NCBI GenBank assembly: GCA_017387685.1
Contig: JAFOEU010000024.1
Coordinates: 29,800 to 93,799, forward strand
Length of the DNA: 64,000 bases
Reading direction: 5' to 3'
DNA from: Clostridia bacterium
GTDB lineage: Bacteria; Bacillota; Clostridia; Oscillospirales; CAG-272
The notes beneath the pieces are model-generated. The model saw only the letters and a program-made list of their open reading frames with translations, had not been told where the DNA came from and searched no databases. Each line of letters opens with the position of its first letter. Position 1 is the stretch's first letter. This document shows positions 35,082 through 44,409 of the stretch, piece by piece. The position numbers and the translations under genes were made by a program.

Positions 35082-35094
35082 TGGATAAATTCGA

Positions 35095-36612
35095 TTATTT
35101 TTCCAGGGCGAGCAAGTCTTCGAGCAGCTTGGGAAGGAGAACTTTTTCCACTCTTACCGAGATCTTCTTCATCATTGAAGCAACGGTATTTCTGCCGTTC
35201 TTTATCATATCTCTGGGAGTCTGATGTACCGACTCGATATTCTTGGTGTAAAGCACGCCCGCGTCGACCTTGATGTTTTCGTAGATCATATCGAGCATTC
35301 TCCATGAATCGCTATCCTCGAGATATCTTCCCTTAAGCGCGACCTCGTAGTAGGTGGGCACTACGCTCTTGTAGCTCTCAAGAGCCATTGCCTCAAGAAC
35401 TGCACCAACCATCTGAACTCTTTCGGGATCTCTCGCAAGAACCGAGGTGATACCGATGGAGGTGAACTGATCGTGGAGGAAGGTATAATATTTATCCTGA
35501 TTTTCATCATATTTCGGCATGGGAATGATACCGTATTCATTCTCCATAGTGATGAACTGTTCGGTCTCAACCGAGCCGAGACGAAGGGTTACCGTACCGA
35601 CGTTGCCTGCAGCAAAGAGATTGGACATAGCGGTCTGCTTGCCGTCATCTCCCGAGGAATCGTCAAACCAAGCGTTGGAGTCGTGGAAAAGCACGATAAG
35701 CTTATCTACCACGTTGCTCATCTTTTCAACGTCAAGGCTGTAAACGAGAAGATTATCCGCATCCTTGCCGAGAATTGTCAAATCACAGCTCGACCAATAG
35801 GGGTCGATATAGCTGAGAGTGGATGATGCAAAGCCTACGGTATCGCCCTCGGTGACTGTACCGGAGCCGTCGGCATCCTTAAAGAGATCCTTCGAAAGCT
35901 GAATCTGATAGTCAAGTGTCCATTTTCCATCGTCAACAACGTCATAAAGACTTTCGTACTGAGCGGACTCGAGCAGATTCTTGTTGTAGAAGGTGATAAA
36001 CATCAAGCGGTAAAGCGAAAGCGAAAGAGCTCCCGTTGCCAGATACTGCGAATCACCTATCGATGCGCTCTCGTTGTAGCCCTGAGACCAATAAATGGCA
36101 TCAAGATCAAGATATTCACACTCGGTGAGATCGAGAAATACGTTCTCGCCCGTGTACATAATCGTCGAATAAGTACTGTTCGCAATAACGTCAAAGTAAG
36201 CCTCACCGTTGTTAGCGGCGTTTCTGAACTCTGTTGAAACAACGTAAGCGTCGCCGGGGAGCTTGATGTTTTCAATAACAACTCCGAGGTCATTCATTAC
36301 CTTTTCGTTTCTTTTGTAGATCGCGTCATTTACCATCGAGCCGTTCTGATCCTCAACGGAAAGCTCGTCATTGACAAATGAGCTGTCGCGGCTGATGAAG
36401 GTCACGGTCTCACCGCCGAAGTTAAGACCTTCGGGGAGGGTTGCGCTGTGAAGCTCGGTGTCTGCGGGAGCGGTATCCACCACGTCGGAGGGAACTTCGG
36501 TAGATACGCCGGGAGCGGTAGTTTCCTCAACATCCTGCGTTTCGGCACAGGAAATCATTACGGGAAGCAGCATAAGAGCCGCAAGGAGGAGCGATAGAAT
36601 TCTTTTAGTCAT
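35095..36612 (-). CDS. Extracellular solute-binding lipoprotein (LplA-like SBP family), paralog 2
   Basis: Lipobox VMISC. Shares with the other paralogs the block LNFGGETVTF, the motif IIPMPKYDENQDKY and a ~505-aa length. The start is taken at ATG 36612. Confidence 0.7.
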   Translation of the reverse strand: MTKRILSLLLAALMLLPVMISCAETQDVEETTAPGVSTEVPSDVVDTAPADTELHSATLPEGLNFGGETVTFISRDSSFVNDELSVEDQNGSMVNDAIYKRNEKVMNDLGVVIENIKLPGDAYVVSTEFRNAANNGEAYFDVIANSTYSTIMYTGENVFLDLTECEYLDLDAIYWSQGYNESASIGDSQYLATGALSLSLYRLMFITFYNKNLLESAQYESLYDVVDDGKWTLDYQIQLSKDLFKDADGSGTVTEGDTVGFASSTLSYIDPYWSSCDLTILGKDADNLLVYSLDVEKMSNVVDKLIVLFHDSNAWFDDSSGDDGKQTAMSNLFAAGNVGTVTLRLGSVETEQFITMENEYGIIPMPKYDENQDKYYTFLHDQFTSIGITSVLARDPERVQMVGAVLEAMALESYKSVVPTYYEVALKGRYLEDSDSWRMLDMIYENIKVDAGVLYTKNIESVHQTPRDMIKNGRNTVASMMKKISVRVEKVLLPKLLEDLLALEK

Positions 36613-36655
36613 AGCTATAGTTCCTTTCAACGCTTATTTTATTTTTCCGTCAAGA

Positions 36656-38176
36656 TCACGGAAGCTTTCCAAGCTTTTTATTGATCGCGGTGAGCTTATT
36701 TGCGTAAATATCGGAGTATCTTACGTTGCCGAGTGCGGCATCGCTTGCTGCTTCGTATGTTGCCGCGGCAAGGCCGTCGTAGTAACCTGCAAATACGCGC
36801 TCAAATCCGATCACAGCCTTTTGCGAGAGAATCTTTGACAATGTAAGACATGAGGAATTATCGCGAAGATATTTCTCTATCGAGGTATTAAGGAACGCAT
36901 CCCTTATCCAATCTCCCGAGGCAGCGTTGAAGCCCTCAAGCCAGATGCTCGTTTGCTCAAGCTTGGTAGCAGTTACGGGCAGGCATATCGCGGGATGATC
37001 GTCGCCAACTGCTCCGAGCCCTTGCTCAGAGGGCAGAGGGAGGAGCCCCCATTCGGTCTTTTCATCGTAGAGATCGGTAATCTCCCAAAGAGTGCCGAGA
37101 TAGAAGGGGATCTCTCCGCCCTTGAATCGGTCGAGGGCAGACAATTCGGAATCGGTGGGCTTATAGGCTTGAATTTTTGATACACTCTCAAGGATCAGGT
37201 CGAGCCTCAGCATATCTTCTGTGGAAATATCGAGCTTTGGTATGCCGGAGGCATCCTTTTTTATATAATCAATGCCGGAAAGCTTCACAGCAATGTCGCC
37301 GAGTGAGGCAGAGAGAGTTACACCGATGTCAGAAGCACGCGAGGGGATCTCCTTTGCCGCCAGGGCTATGCTTTCCCAAGTGAGCGCGCCTGAATCAGCT
37401 TCAGCATAGAGCCTTGCCGCGCCCTCCTTACCGAGCATCGTGCGATTGAAATAGAGAACGTAAAGATACTCGGGAGCATCAGTACCCGCGCCAATATCGG
37501 CGTATCGCGAGGAACCAATGTTTCCGCTATCAGATCCACCGGTTTTAGAATAAAACGGAAGAGATCTCATATCCTTGATAATTCCCTTTGACATAAACCT
37601 GCCAACCCTGTTTGCGGGAATGATGATCAGATCGAGATAGACCTCAGCGTTATCGCCCGCCTGAAGAGCAAGAAGCAGATCATCGTAGATCTTTTCGCTG
37701 TCAACGCTCTCGTAGATCGTTCGGATATCAACCCCAAACCTTTCGTAGAGCATCGCGTTGCGCTGAGATCTTGCCTTGTAAAGCGGTGAATCCTCATCGC
37801 AGAAAATAACGTCTGTGGTATTACTTGCTGCTGCAATTATCAGATCGAAATCCGAGATTCCTACGGGATCGTCGATCGCCTCCAGCCTTTCCTCTGCCTC
37901 CCCCATGCGGTCGGGGAAATCTACGGGATCAATGGGACGCGCGGTCGCGGGTGTCTCCGTGGTCTCCTCGACGGGCGGCTCGGTCTGCGGAGTCGTTTCC
38001 TCAGGTGAGGTGGTAGCTTCGGACTCGGGGGTAGCGGTCGTTGCTTCCGAGGATGCACCGGGACGATTATTGATAATTATCATACCGCAGCCCGAGAGAG
38101 TGCTAAGCAGCAGCGCCGATAAAAGCAACAGTGCAACACACGCGATCGGGCGCGGAATCATTTTGTTTATTTTCAT
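36656..38176 (-). CDS. Divergent SBP-like lipoprotein, paralog 3
   Basis: Lipobox LSGC and a Thr/Glu/Pro linker. It has the same length and overall block order as the SBP paralogs (..RNAMLYERFGVDI.., ..WGLLPLPSEQG..) but is much more divergent. Confidence 0.5.
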   Translation of the reverse strand: MKINKMIPRPIACVALLLLSALLLSTLSGCGMIIINNRPGASSEATTATPESEATTSPEETTPQTEPPVEETTETPATARPIDPVDFPDRMGEAEERLEAIDDPVGISDFDLIIAAASNTTDVIFCDEDSPLYKARSQRNAMLYERFGVDIRTIYESVDSEKIYDDLLLALQAGDNAEVYLDLIIIPANRVGRFMSKGIIKDMRSLPFYSKTGGSDSGNIGSSRYADIGAGTDAPEYLYVLYFNRTMLGKEGAARLYAEADSGALTWESIALAAKEIPSRASDIGVTLSASLGDIAVKLSGIDYIKKDASGIPKLDISTEDMLRLDLILESVSKIQAYKPTDSELSALDRFKGGEIPFYLGTLWEITDLYDEKTEWGLLPLPSEQGLGAVGDDHPAICLPVTATKLEQTSIWLEGFNAASGDWIRDAFLNTSIEKYLRDNSSCLTLSKILSQKAVIGFERVFAGYYDGLAAATYEAASDAALGNVRYSDIYANKLTAINKKLGKLP

Positions 38177-38196
38177 TTGAATAAAGGGGAGGTGCG

Positions 38197-39708
38197 TCAG
38201 TTAAGGGTAACGGTTACGATATATCCGCTGAAATTATTACCCGAAACGGTATATGCGGTAGGATCCGTGGGTACGGGAAGAGTAGTCGAGGTGCCGTTCT
38301 CTGCGGGAACAAAGTAGATCTCGTAATTTTTGCCCTCCACATCGTTTATAAAGAGGTGGGAGCCCTCATAGGTGAAGCTCTCAAGCCAAGCAAGGTATTC
38401 CTCGAGGCAGAGATTGTTTGCAGTCATATAATATGCGTGCGGAACGCCGACGTATCTGTAATGCCAGCGGTCAGAGGTGATATAGGTGATATTGTCCTTA
38501 TCGGGTGCAAATCTGCGGACGTATCCGTATTTATACGCATTTGCCGAGATCCAGGAATAGATCGTCTGGCAATTCTGATTTGGTTCGTCGAAGTTGTAGG
38601 TTACACCCTTCTCTCTATCCCAGATCTGGAGGTCAACACCGAGACCGGTATGGTGCTCGCTGTATCCGGGAAGCGCTGCGGTGGTGGGATATCTATCCGC
38701 AAGGCCCTGCTGAACCTCGTAGCTGCGGTAACCCGTTCCCATCTTGAGCCAGTTAAGACCCGTTTCTGTATAAAGAGCGTTTGCAAGCGCAAGGATATTG
38801 CGGGTTGCGGTGGCATCAAGCTGCATCGAGGTATCGTCAAAGTAGTTGCAGCGGTAGTTGTTTGCAACGTACTCGTTATATACCGTCAGCAGTCTTGCCT
38901 CGGACGCGGGGAAATGATATGCATACTGCGCGTTTACGAGAATGAGGGCGCCTGTGTAGAGATTCGTATTACTCATCTCAATGGTAGTGTAGCCAAGCGC
39001 GGGGGGCTCGGTTACAGGGGGCTCGGTCACCTCGACCTTCACCTCGGTAGTAACCTCGGGAGGAGTCGTGGTATCGACGGGTACCTCTGCGGCATTCGTT
39101 CCCGAGAAGGGAGCCTTGAGGTGAACGGGATTGCCGTTCTTATCGGTAACTGTCAGCTCGTTGAGTGCCCAGAGAGCATCAAAATCCGAGGTCAGAAGAA
39201 TTCTGACCGCGGTAGCGTTAAGTGTAACAGAGCCAACGGTATAGGTTTTTTCTGCAGCGGCATTGCCGAACACACCGATCGTGATCCAATCGCCGCCCGA
39301 AAGAAGCTGTACCTCACAGCCGCGAATATAATAATCGGGATGTGTCGATGCAACTATAACCTCTCCAACGTCAGCCAAGGCATCAAACTCACAGCTGAAA
39401 TAGGAGCCCGCGCTCTGATTTGCAAAGGAGAGCATATAGCTTTCGGAATTTCCGTCGATGGCGTGGGAAAGCGAATGCTCCGTGCCTACCGAGGGCTCAG
39501 CGGTGCTCTCGGAGTCAGGTCCATCCGTTGTTGAGCCGGCGGAGCCGACGAGATCAACGACCACAAGGGCGATGGCGGCAATTAGAGCAAGAATAAGGAG
39601 AGAAAGCAGGATAATGAACACGAGCTTGCTCGATCCACCGCGTCTTCCTCTATTTGATTTGTGCGAATAATTGTACTTTTGGGTATCTGATTTCTTACCG
39701 TTGTTCAT
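38197..39708 (-). CDS. Membrane-anchored D-alanyl-D-alanine carboxypeptidase (VanY/M15B family) with a discoidin (F5/8 type C)-like domain
   Basis: Basic N-terminus plus a TM helix. The middle beta-sandwich region (AIDGN..., NELTV) resembles F5/8 type C. The C-terminus carries GYRSYEVQ and SEHHTGLGVD, the VanY Zn-peptidase motifs. Confidence 0.75.
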   Translation of the reverse strand: MNNGKKSDTQKYNYSHKSNRGRRGGSSKLVFIILLSLLILALIAAIALVVVDLVGSAGSTTDGPDSESTAEPSVGTEHSLSHAIDGNSESYMLSFANQSAGSYFSCEFDALADVGEVIVASTHPDYYIRGCEVQLLSGGDWITIGVFGNAAAEKTYTVGSVTLNATAVRILLTSDFDALWALNELTVTDKNGNPVHLKAPFSGTNAAEVPVDTTTPPEVTTEVKVEVTEPPVTEPPALGYTTIEMSNTNLYTGALILVNAQYAYHFPASEARLLTVYNEYVANNYRCNYFDDTSMQLDATATRNILALANALYTETGLNWLKMGTGYRSYEVQQGLADRYPTTAALPGYSEHHTGLGVDLQIWDREKGVTYNFDEPNQNCQTIYSWISANAYKYGYVRRFAPDKDNITYITSDRWHYRYVGVPHAYYMTANNLCLEEYLAWLESFTYEGSHLFINDVEGKNYEIYFVPAENGTSTTLPVPTDPTAYTVSGNNFSGYIVTVTLN

Positions 39709-39857
39709 TGCGGTCTCCTTTCAGAGAATTAGCTGTAAATAGACGGAGAGAAGGGGTACGGTCACGGGGTGCTCCCGAAAACTTTCATTTATCGATTGCA
39801 AAGACTCATTCCCCTTCTCTCGAAGTGAATATTAATTTGGGTTAGGGTTAGATTGAA

Positions 39858-41996
39858 TTATTTAGCATCTCTGATGGAGAAGTCCATTCTGCCCTTCTTA
39901 TCAAGGCCGATGTACTTAACCTTTACAGCGTCTCCAACCTTGATGCCTGCATCCTCAACCTTGTTGATTCTGCGCTCGCAGATCTTGGAGATGTGAACCA
40001 TAGCTTCCTTGCCGGGAGCGTACTCAACGAAGCATCCAACGTCCTCATTGGGCTTATCCTTGCTTGCAAGGATCTTAACTACAGTTGCGGGGTAAACGGA
40101 GCCTACCTCGGGCTCGAAGCAGATAGCGTCGATGATAGCCTTAGCTGCATCAGCGGAAGCGCGGTTAACTGCTGCGATATAAACGGTGCCGTCATCCTCG
40201 ATGTCGATCTTTGCGCCGGTATCAGCGGTGATCTTCTGAATTACAGAACCGCCCTTACCGATAACCTCACGGATCTTATCGGGATCGATCTTAACGGTCA
40301 TCATCTTGGGAGCGTACTCGTTAACTTCTGCTCTGGGAGCGTCGATAGCCTTGAGAATTACGTTGTCGATGATGTAGTCACGGCCTGCGTGAGTGGACTC
40401 GAGAGCCTCCTTGATGATCGCGGGGGTAAGACCGTCGATCTTGAGGTCCATCTGGATGGAGGTGATACCCTTGTGAGTACCTGCTACCTTGAAGTCCATA
40501 TCGCCGTAGAAGTCCTCAACGCCCTGAATGTCGATCATGGTCATCCATCTTTCACCCTCGGTGATAAGACCGCAGGAGATACCTGCAACGGGAGCCTTGA
40601 TCGGAACGCCTGCGTCCATAAGTGCGAGAGTAGAACCGCAAACGGATGCCTGAGAGGTCGAACCGTTGGAGGAAACTACCTCGGAAACAAGACGGATAGC
40701 GTAGGGGAACTCCTCGGGGGAAGGAAGAACGGGAACGAGCGAACGCTCAGCGAGCGCGCCGTGACCGATCTCGCGACGGCCGGGAGTACGGGAGGGCTTA
40801 GCCTCACCGGTCGAGAAGCCGGGCATATTGTAGTGGTGCATATATCTCTTTTCGGTCTCGTTGTCGATACCGTCGAGCATCTGAACCTCAGCGAGAGTGC
40901 CGAGAGTTGCGAAGGTGATAACCTGAGTCTGACCTCTGGTGAACATACCCGAGCCGTGAACTCTGGGGAACATACCAACCTCTGCTGCAAGAGGTCTGAT
41001 CTCGTTCATTGCACGGCCGTCAACACGCTTGCCATCCTCGAGGAGCCAGCGGCGAACGACCTTCTTCTGCATCTTATAAACGAGCTCGGGCATCTGAACG
41101 CCGAGATCGGGATACTCCTCGGAGAACTTCTCGATGATAGCATCGGTGATCGGAACCATTCTTGCATCGCGGACGTTCTTGTCATCGGTATCGAGAGCGT
41201 TCATAAGATCCTTCTCGCAGAATGCGAAAATCTTGTCGAACATATCGTGATCGAGCTCGCCGGAGGGATACTCGAACTTGGGCTTGCCGATCTCGTCAAC
41301 GATAGCGTCAACGAAGTCGAGGAAGCGCTTGATCTCCTCGTGTGCGAGCATAATTGCGTCGTACATAACGTCATCGGGAACTTCGTTTGCGCCTGCCTCG
41401 ATCATAACGACCTTTTCGCGGGAAGCGGCAACGGTGAGCTCAAGGTCGGAGACCTTTCTCTCTGCCTCGGTGGGGTTGATTACGAGCTTGCCGTCAACAA
41501 GACCGATGTGGAGTCCGCCGAGCGGGCCGTTCCACGGGATATCGGAGATGGAAAGAGCGATCGAGGAGCCGATCATTGCAACAACCTCGGGCTCGCAGTC
41601 GTTGTCAACGGACATAACGGTGAGGGTGAGAGCTACGTCGTTACGAAGGTCCTTGGGGAAAAGAGGACGAACGGGACGGTCGATAACGCGGGAAGTGAGA
41701 ACTGCCTTTTCGCTGGGCTTGCCTTCTCTCTTGAGGTAACCGCCGGGAATCTTACCCGCGGAATACATTCTCTCCTCAAGGTCTACCGAGAGGGGAAGGA
41801 AGTCGATGCCCTCGCGGGGCTTCTCGGATGCGGTCGCGGTGCAAAGAACGGAAGTCTCACCGTATCTTACAAGGCACGCGCCGTTTGCAAGGCCTGCAAG
41901 CTTGCCGGTCTCAACGACAAGGGGACGGCCTGCGAGTGTGTAGTGGAACACTCTGTGCTGGTCAAAGACCTTAGCGGAACTTTTGATCTCGTACAT
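39858..41996 (-). CDS. pnp: Polyribonucleotide nucleotidyltransferase (PNPase)
   Basis: Two RNase PH domains, a KH domain (IGKGGSVIQKI) and an S1 domain (GSVYPATVVKI...). The start is taken at MYEIKSS, which has a GGAGG RBS. The ORF track start at 42062 is an upstream extension. Confidence 0.95.
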   Translation of the reverse strand: MYEIKSSAKVFDQHRVFHYTLAGRPLVVETGKLAGLANGACLVRYGETSVLCTATASEKPREGIDFLPLSVDLEERMYSAGKIPGGYLKREGKPSEKAVLTSRVIDRPVRPLFPKDLRNDVALTLTVMSVDNDCEPEVVAMIGSSIALSISDIPWNGPLGGLHIGLVDGKLVINPTEAERKVSDLELTVAASREKVVMIEAGANEVPDDVMYDAIMLAHEEIKRFLDFVDAIVDEIGKPKFEYPSGELDHDMFDKIFAFCEKDLMNALDTDDKNVRDARMVPITDAIIEKFSEEYPDLGVQMPELVYKMQKKVVRRWLLEDGKRVDGRAMNEIRPLAAEVGMFPRVHGSGMFTRGQTQVITFATLGTLAEVQMLDGIDNETEKRYMHHYNMPGFSTGEAKPSRTPGRREIGHGALAERSLVPVLPSPEEFPYAIRLVSEVVSSNGSTSQASVCGSTLALMDAGVPIKAPVAGISCGLITEGERWMTMIDIQGVEDFYGDMDFKVAGTHKGITSIQMDLKIDGLTPAIIKEALESTHAGRDYIIDNVILKAIDAPRAEVNEYAPKMMTVKIDPDKIREVIGKGGSVIQKITADTGAKIDIEDDGTVYIAAVNRASADAAKAIIDAICFEPEVGSVYPATVVKILASKDKPNEDVGCFVEYAPGKEAMVHISKICERRINKVEDAGIKVGDAVKVKYIGLDKKGRMDFSIRDAK

Positions 41997-42042
41997 AATT
42001 TTGTACCTCCAAAATATTTTATATTCATCCGCTTTCGGTTTA

Positions 42043-42088
42043 GCACTTAACATTACGCGCAATCTTTCTTGTGCGCAATGTTAACTGC
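42043..42088 (-). promoter_or_regulatory. Long hairpin in the pnp 5' leader
   Basis: The minus strand reads GCAGTTAACATTGCGCA-CAAGAAAGAT-TGCGCGTAATGTTAAGTGC, a stem of about 14 bp roughly 50 nt upstream of the pnp start. Confidence 0.45.
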
Positions 42089-42124
42089 TAATCCACAGCG
42101 GACGTTAGTTTTTTAATTAAAATT

Positions 42125-42185
42125 GAAATCCGCTCAGGCGGATTTCTACCTTCAACTAGCAACTAGTAACTAGCAACTAGCAACT
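42125..42185. repeat. Half copy of the composite element (hairpin + CCTTC + CTAG heptamers) between rpsO and pnp
   Basis: GAAATCCGC-TCAG-GCGGATTTC, then TACCTTC, then (AACTAGY)x4. Confidence 0.8.
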
Positions 42186-42186
42186 T

Positions 42187-42242
42187 AAAAATACATTTGG
42201 GGCAAGGGGCGGCACGTCAAGCGCGACCGTCCTTCTTGCCCC
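42187..42242 (-). terminator. rpsO terminator hairpin
   Basis: The minus strand reads GGGGCAAGAAGG....CCCCTTGCCCC followed by AAATGTATTTTT. Confidence 0.6.
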
Positions 42243-42249
42243 ATCCGTA

Positions 42250-42513
42250 TTACTTTCTGATGTCGAGTCTTGCGATGATCGAACGGTAACGCTCGATATC
42301 GTTGTTCATCAGATACTTGAGAAGATTTCTTCTGCGACCAACCATCTTAAGGAGTCCGCGACGGCTGTGGTTGTCGTGGGTGTTAGCCTTGAGATGCTCG
42401 TTGAGAGAATTGATTCTGTGGGTAAGAATCGCGATCTGTACCTCGGGGGATCCGGTATCGCCTTCGCAAGTTGCGTACTCGGCGATGATTGCCTGCTTTT
42501 CAGCCTTAGTCAT
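42250..42513 (-). CDS. rpsO: 30S ribosomal protein S15
   Basis: 87 aa with [37 protein letters not shown]. Confidence 0.96.
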   Translation of the reverse strand: MTKAEKQAIIAEYATCEGDTGSPEVQIAILTHRINSLNEHLKANTHDNHSRRGLLKMVGRRRNLLKYLMNNDIERYRSIIARLDIRK

Positions 42514-42620
42514 TGTTTTTCACCTCATGAAAAATATTTTTATGCGCGGGCACAGCGATCGGTGGGTGAAGTGCACTTTGTGCCTTTATCCGAAAACCGA
42601 GCCGGCGTCATTCGAGAAGA

Positions 42621-42649
42621 ATTATACCACAATTACAAAGAAAAGTAAA
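42621..42649 (-). promoter_or_regulatory. Sigma-70 promoter for rpsO (extended -10)
   Basis: The minus strand reads TTTACT - 17 nt (ending TGG) - TATAAT. It is followed by a ~100-nt leader containing GGCACA...TGTGCC pairing. Confidence 0.55.
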
Positions 42650-42796
42650 GAGCTTTCTTTGAAGTTTTAGAATCCGTTCACAATTTTTTATCTTTTATTA
42701 TTATATTAATGACAATTACGGTGTTTCAATAACAATGCTTACAATACTTGCGGAAAATAATTCGCCAAAAACAATAATTCAAGTTACAATGAACAC

Positions 42797-42825
42797 TTGA
42801 CAGCTTACCGAAATTATGGTAAAAT
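42797..42825 (+). promoter_or_regulatory. Sigma-70 promoter for the SBP paralog 4 gene
   Basis: TTGACA - 17 nt - TAAAAT. Confidence 0.55.
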
Positions 42826-42855
42826 AAGCTGTAAAATTTTATTAAGGAGAAAATC

Positions 42856-44409
42856 ATGAAATTCACAAAGCTTGTTTCTCTGTTCTGTGCGCTCGTTATG
42901 CTTCTCTCCCTCTTTGCGGCTTGCGCAGAGACGGGCAGTACCGACGAGACCACCGCAGATACCGCCGCTTCGACCGAGCCCTCGGCACAAGAGCCCGAGG
43001 TTACCAAGGATCCCAATTACGATGATAACGGATACCTCAAATCAAAGCTTCCCGAAGACCTCAATTACAATGGCGAAGAGGTCAGCATCCTCGTTTGGGA
43101 GGACGTTGAGCGTCCCGAGTTTGAAGTTCTTGAGAGCGAGACCGGCCTCGACCTCGTCGTTGACGCGATCTACGAGAGAAATCTGGCTACCGAGGCAAAG
43201 CTCGGAGTTAAGCTCGTATGGCATGAGCAGCCCGGCGACTCGAACGATCTCAAGGCTTTCGTTGGCTACGTTCAGAACAGCCACTCCTCCGGCGTTTTCT
43301 ACGACGTAATAGCAACCTACTCGAGAACTGCCGCTTCCCTCTCGGCAAACGGACTTCTCACCGACCTCAACACCGTTGATAACTCTTACCTCAATTTCGA
43401 TATGCCCTGGTGGCCCGAGGCTATGCTCGAGACCTGCTCTATCAAGGACTCCCTCTTCTTCGTTTCGGGCGACGTTTCGACCAACCTCCTCCATATGATG
43501 TACGCTATCTACTACAATATGGATATGCTCAAGAACCTCGGTCTTGAGGATCCGATTCCCATGGTTGAAAGCAAGACCTGGACGATCGATAAGCTCATCG
43601 AGATGACCGCGGAAACCTATCAGGACGCAGACCAGACGGGCGGCGCGAGTGACGACGATATCTTCGGCTTCACCTCCAACTACTTCCACCTCGAGGCATT
43701 CTACTCGGGTTCGGGCATGATGCTTCTTGAGCCCGATACTGACGGCAAGGTGCTCAAGATCTCCGACGACTACCTCAGCCAGAAGACCATCGACCTCGTT
43801 GACAAGCTCGGCGCTTGGTTCAAGCAGGGCGATACCTACATCAACCCTCCCGGAGGAAGCCTTAAGAACGACCTCGTATTCGCAGAGGGAAGAGCTCTCT
43901 TCACCCAGAACCGCGTTTACATTGCAGACGCGCGTTACGGCGGCGGCAAGCTCCGTCAGGCTGACTGGGAATACGGCATCCTTCCCAACCCTCTCTACGA
44001 TGAGGCTCAGGAGGACTACATCACCCTGCTCGGCAACCCCTTCACCCTTTGGTGCATTATGGCCGGCGCAACAAATCCCTCTATGAGCACCGCAGTTATC
44101 GAGTGCATGGGCTCCGAGGGCTACCGCAAGACCTCTCCCGCTCTCTTTGAGAACAATATGAAGTACCGCTACACTCCCGACTCTGCTAACAAGGGCGACG
44201 GTGCACTTATGTTCGACATCATCCGCGAAAACATCTCCTTCGACCTCGGCAGAATGTTCGCGGCTGAGATGAACTACATCAGCGAAAAGCCTCTCCGCGC
44301 GGCTCTCGACGGTCTGTCCTGGGCAACCGCAGGTAAGCAGCAGGCAAACGCGCTCAAGAAGAACCTTGCGGATCTGAACAAGGGTCTGGCAAAGGCGCTG
44401 GGAGAGTAA
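42856..44409 (+). CDS. Extracellular solute-binding lipoprotein (LplA-like SBP family), paralog 4
   Basis: AAGGAGA RBS and lipobox LFAAC. Motifs include FDMPWWPEAM, FFVSGDVSTN and GILPNPLYDEAQEDY. It is closely related to paralog 5. Confidence 0.72.
   Translation: MKFTKLVSLFCALVMLLSLFAACAETGSTDETTADTAASTEPSAQEPEVTKDPNYDDNGYLKSKLPEDLNYNGEEVSILVWEDVERPEFEVLESETGLDLVVDAIYERNLATEAKLGVKLVWHEQPGDSNDLKAFVGYVQNSHSSGVFYDVIATYSRTAASLSANGLLTDLNTVDNSYLNFDMPWWPEAMLETCSIKDSLFFVSGDVSTNLLHMMYAIYYNMDMLKNLGLEDPIPMVESKTWTIDKLIEMTAETYQDADQTGGASDDDIFGFTSNYFHLEAFYSGSGMMLLEPDTDGKVLKISDDYLSQKTIDLVDKLGAWFKQGDTYINPPGGSLKNDLVFAEGRALFTQNRVYIADARYGGGKLRQADWEYGILPNPLYDEAQEDYITLLGNPFTLWCIMAGATNPSMSTAVIECMGSEGYRKTSPALFENNMKYRYTPDSANKGDGALMFDIIRENISFDLGRMFAAEMNYISEKPLRAALDGLSWATAGKQQANALKKNLADLNKGLAKALGE

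Noticed and set aside
39993-42050. 685-aa ORF on the plus strand, antisense to pnp
   Set aside because: It lies entirely opposite an unmistakable PNPase gene and has no RBS. Its composition is low-complexity Gly/Val/Leu/Asp-rich, typical of the antisense frame of GC3-rich genes. The same applies to 138-1523, 1536-3302, 4116-5489, 8574-9632, 13502-15190, 15428-16666, 25028-26332, 26819-27823, 38356-39534, 50282-51130, 54452-55567 and similar ORFs in the track.
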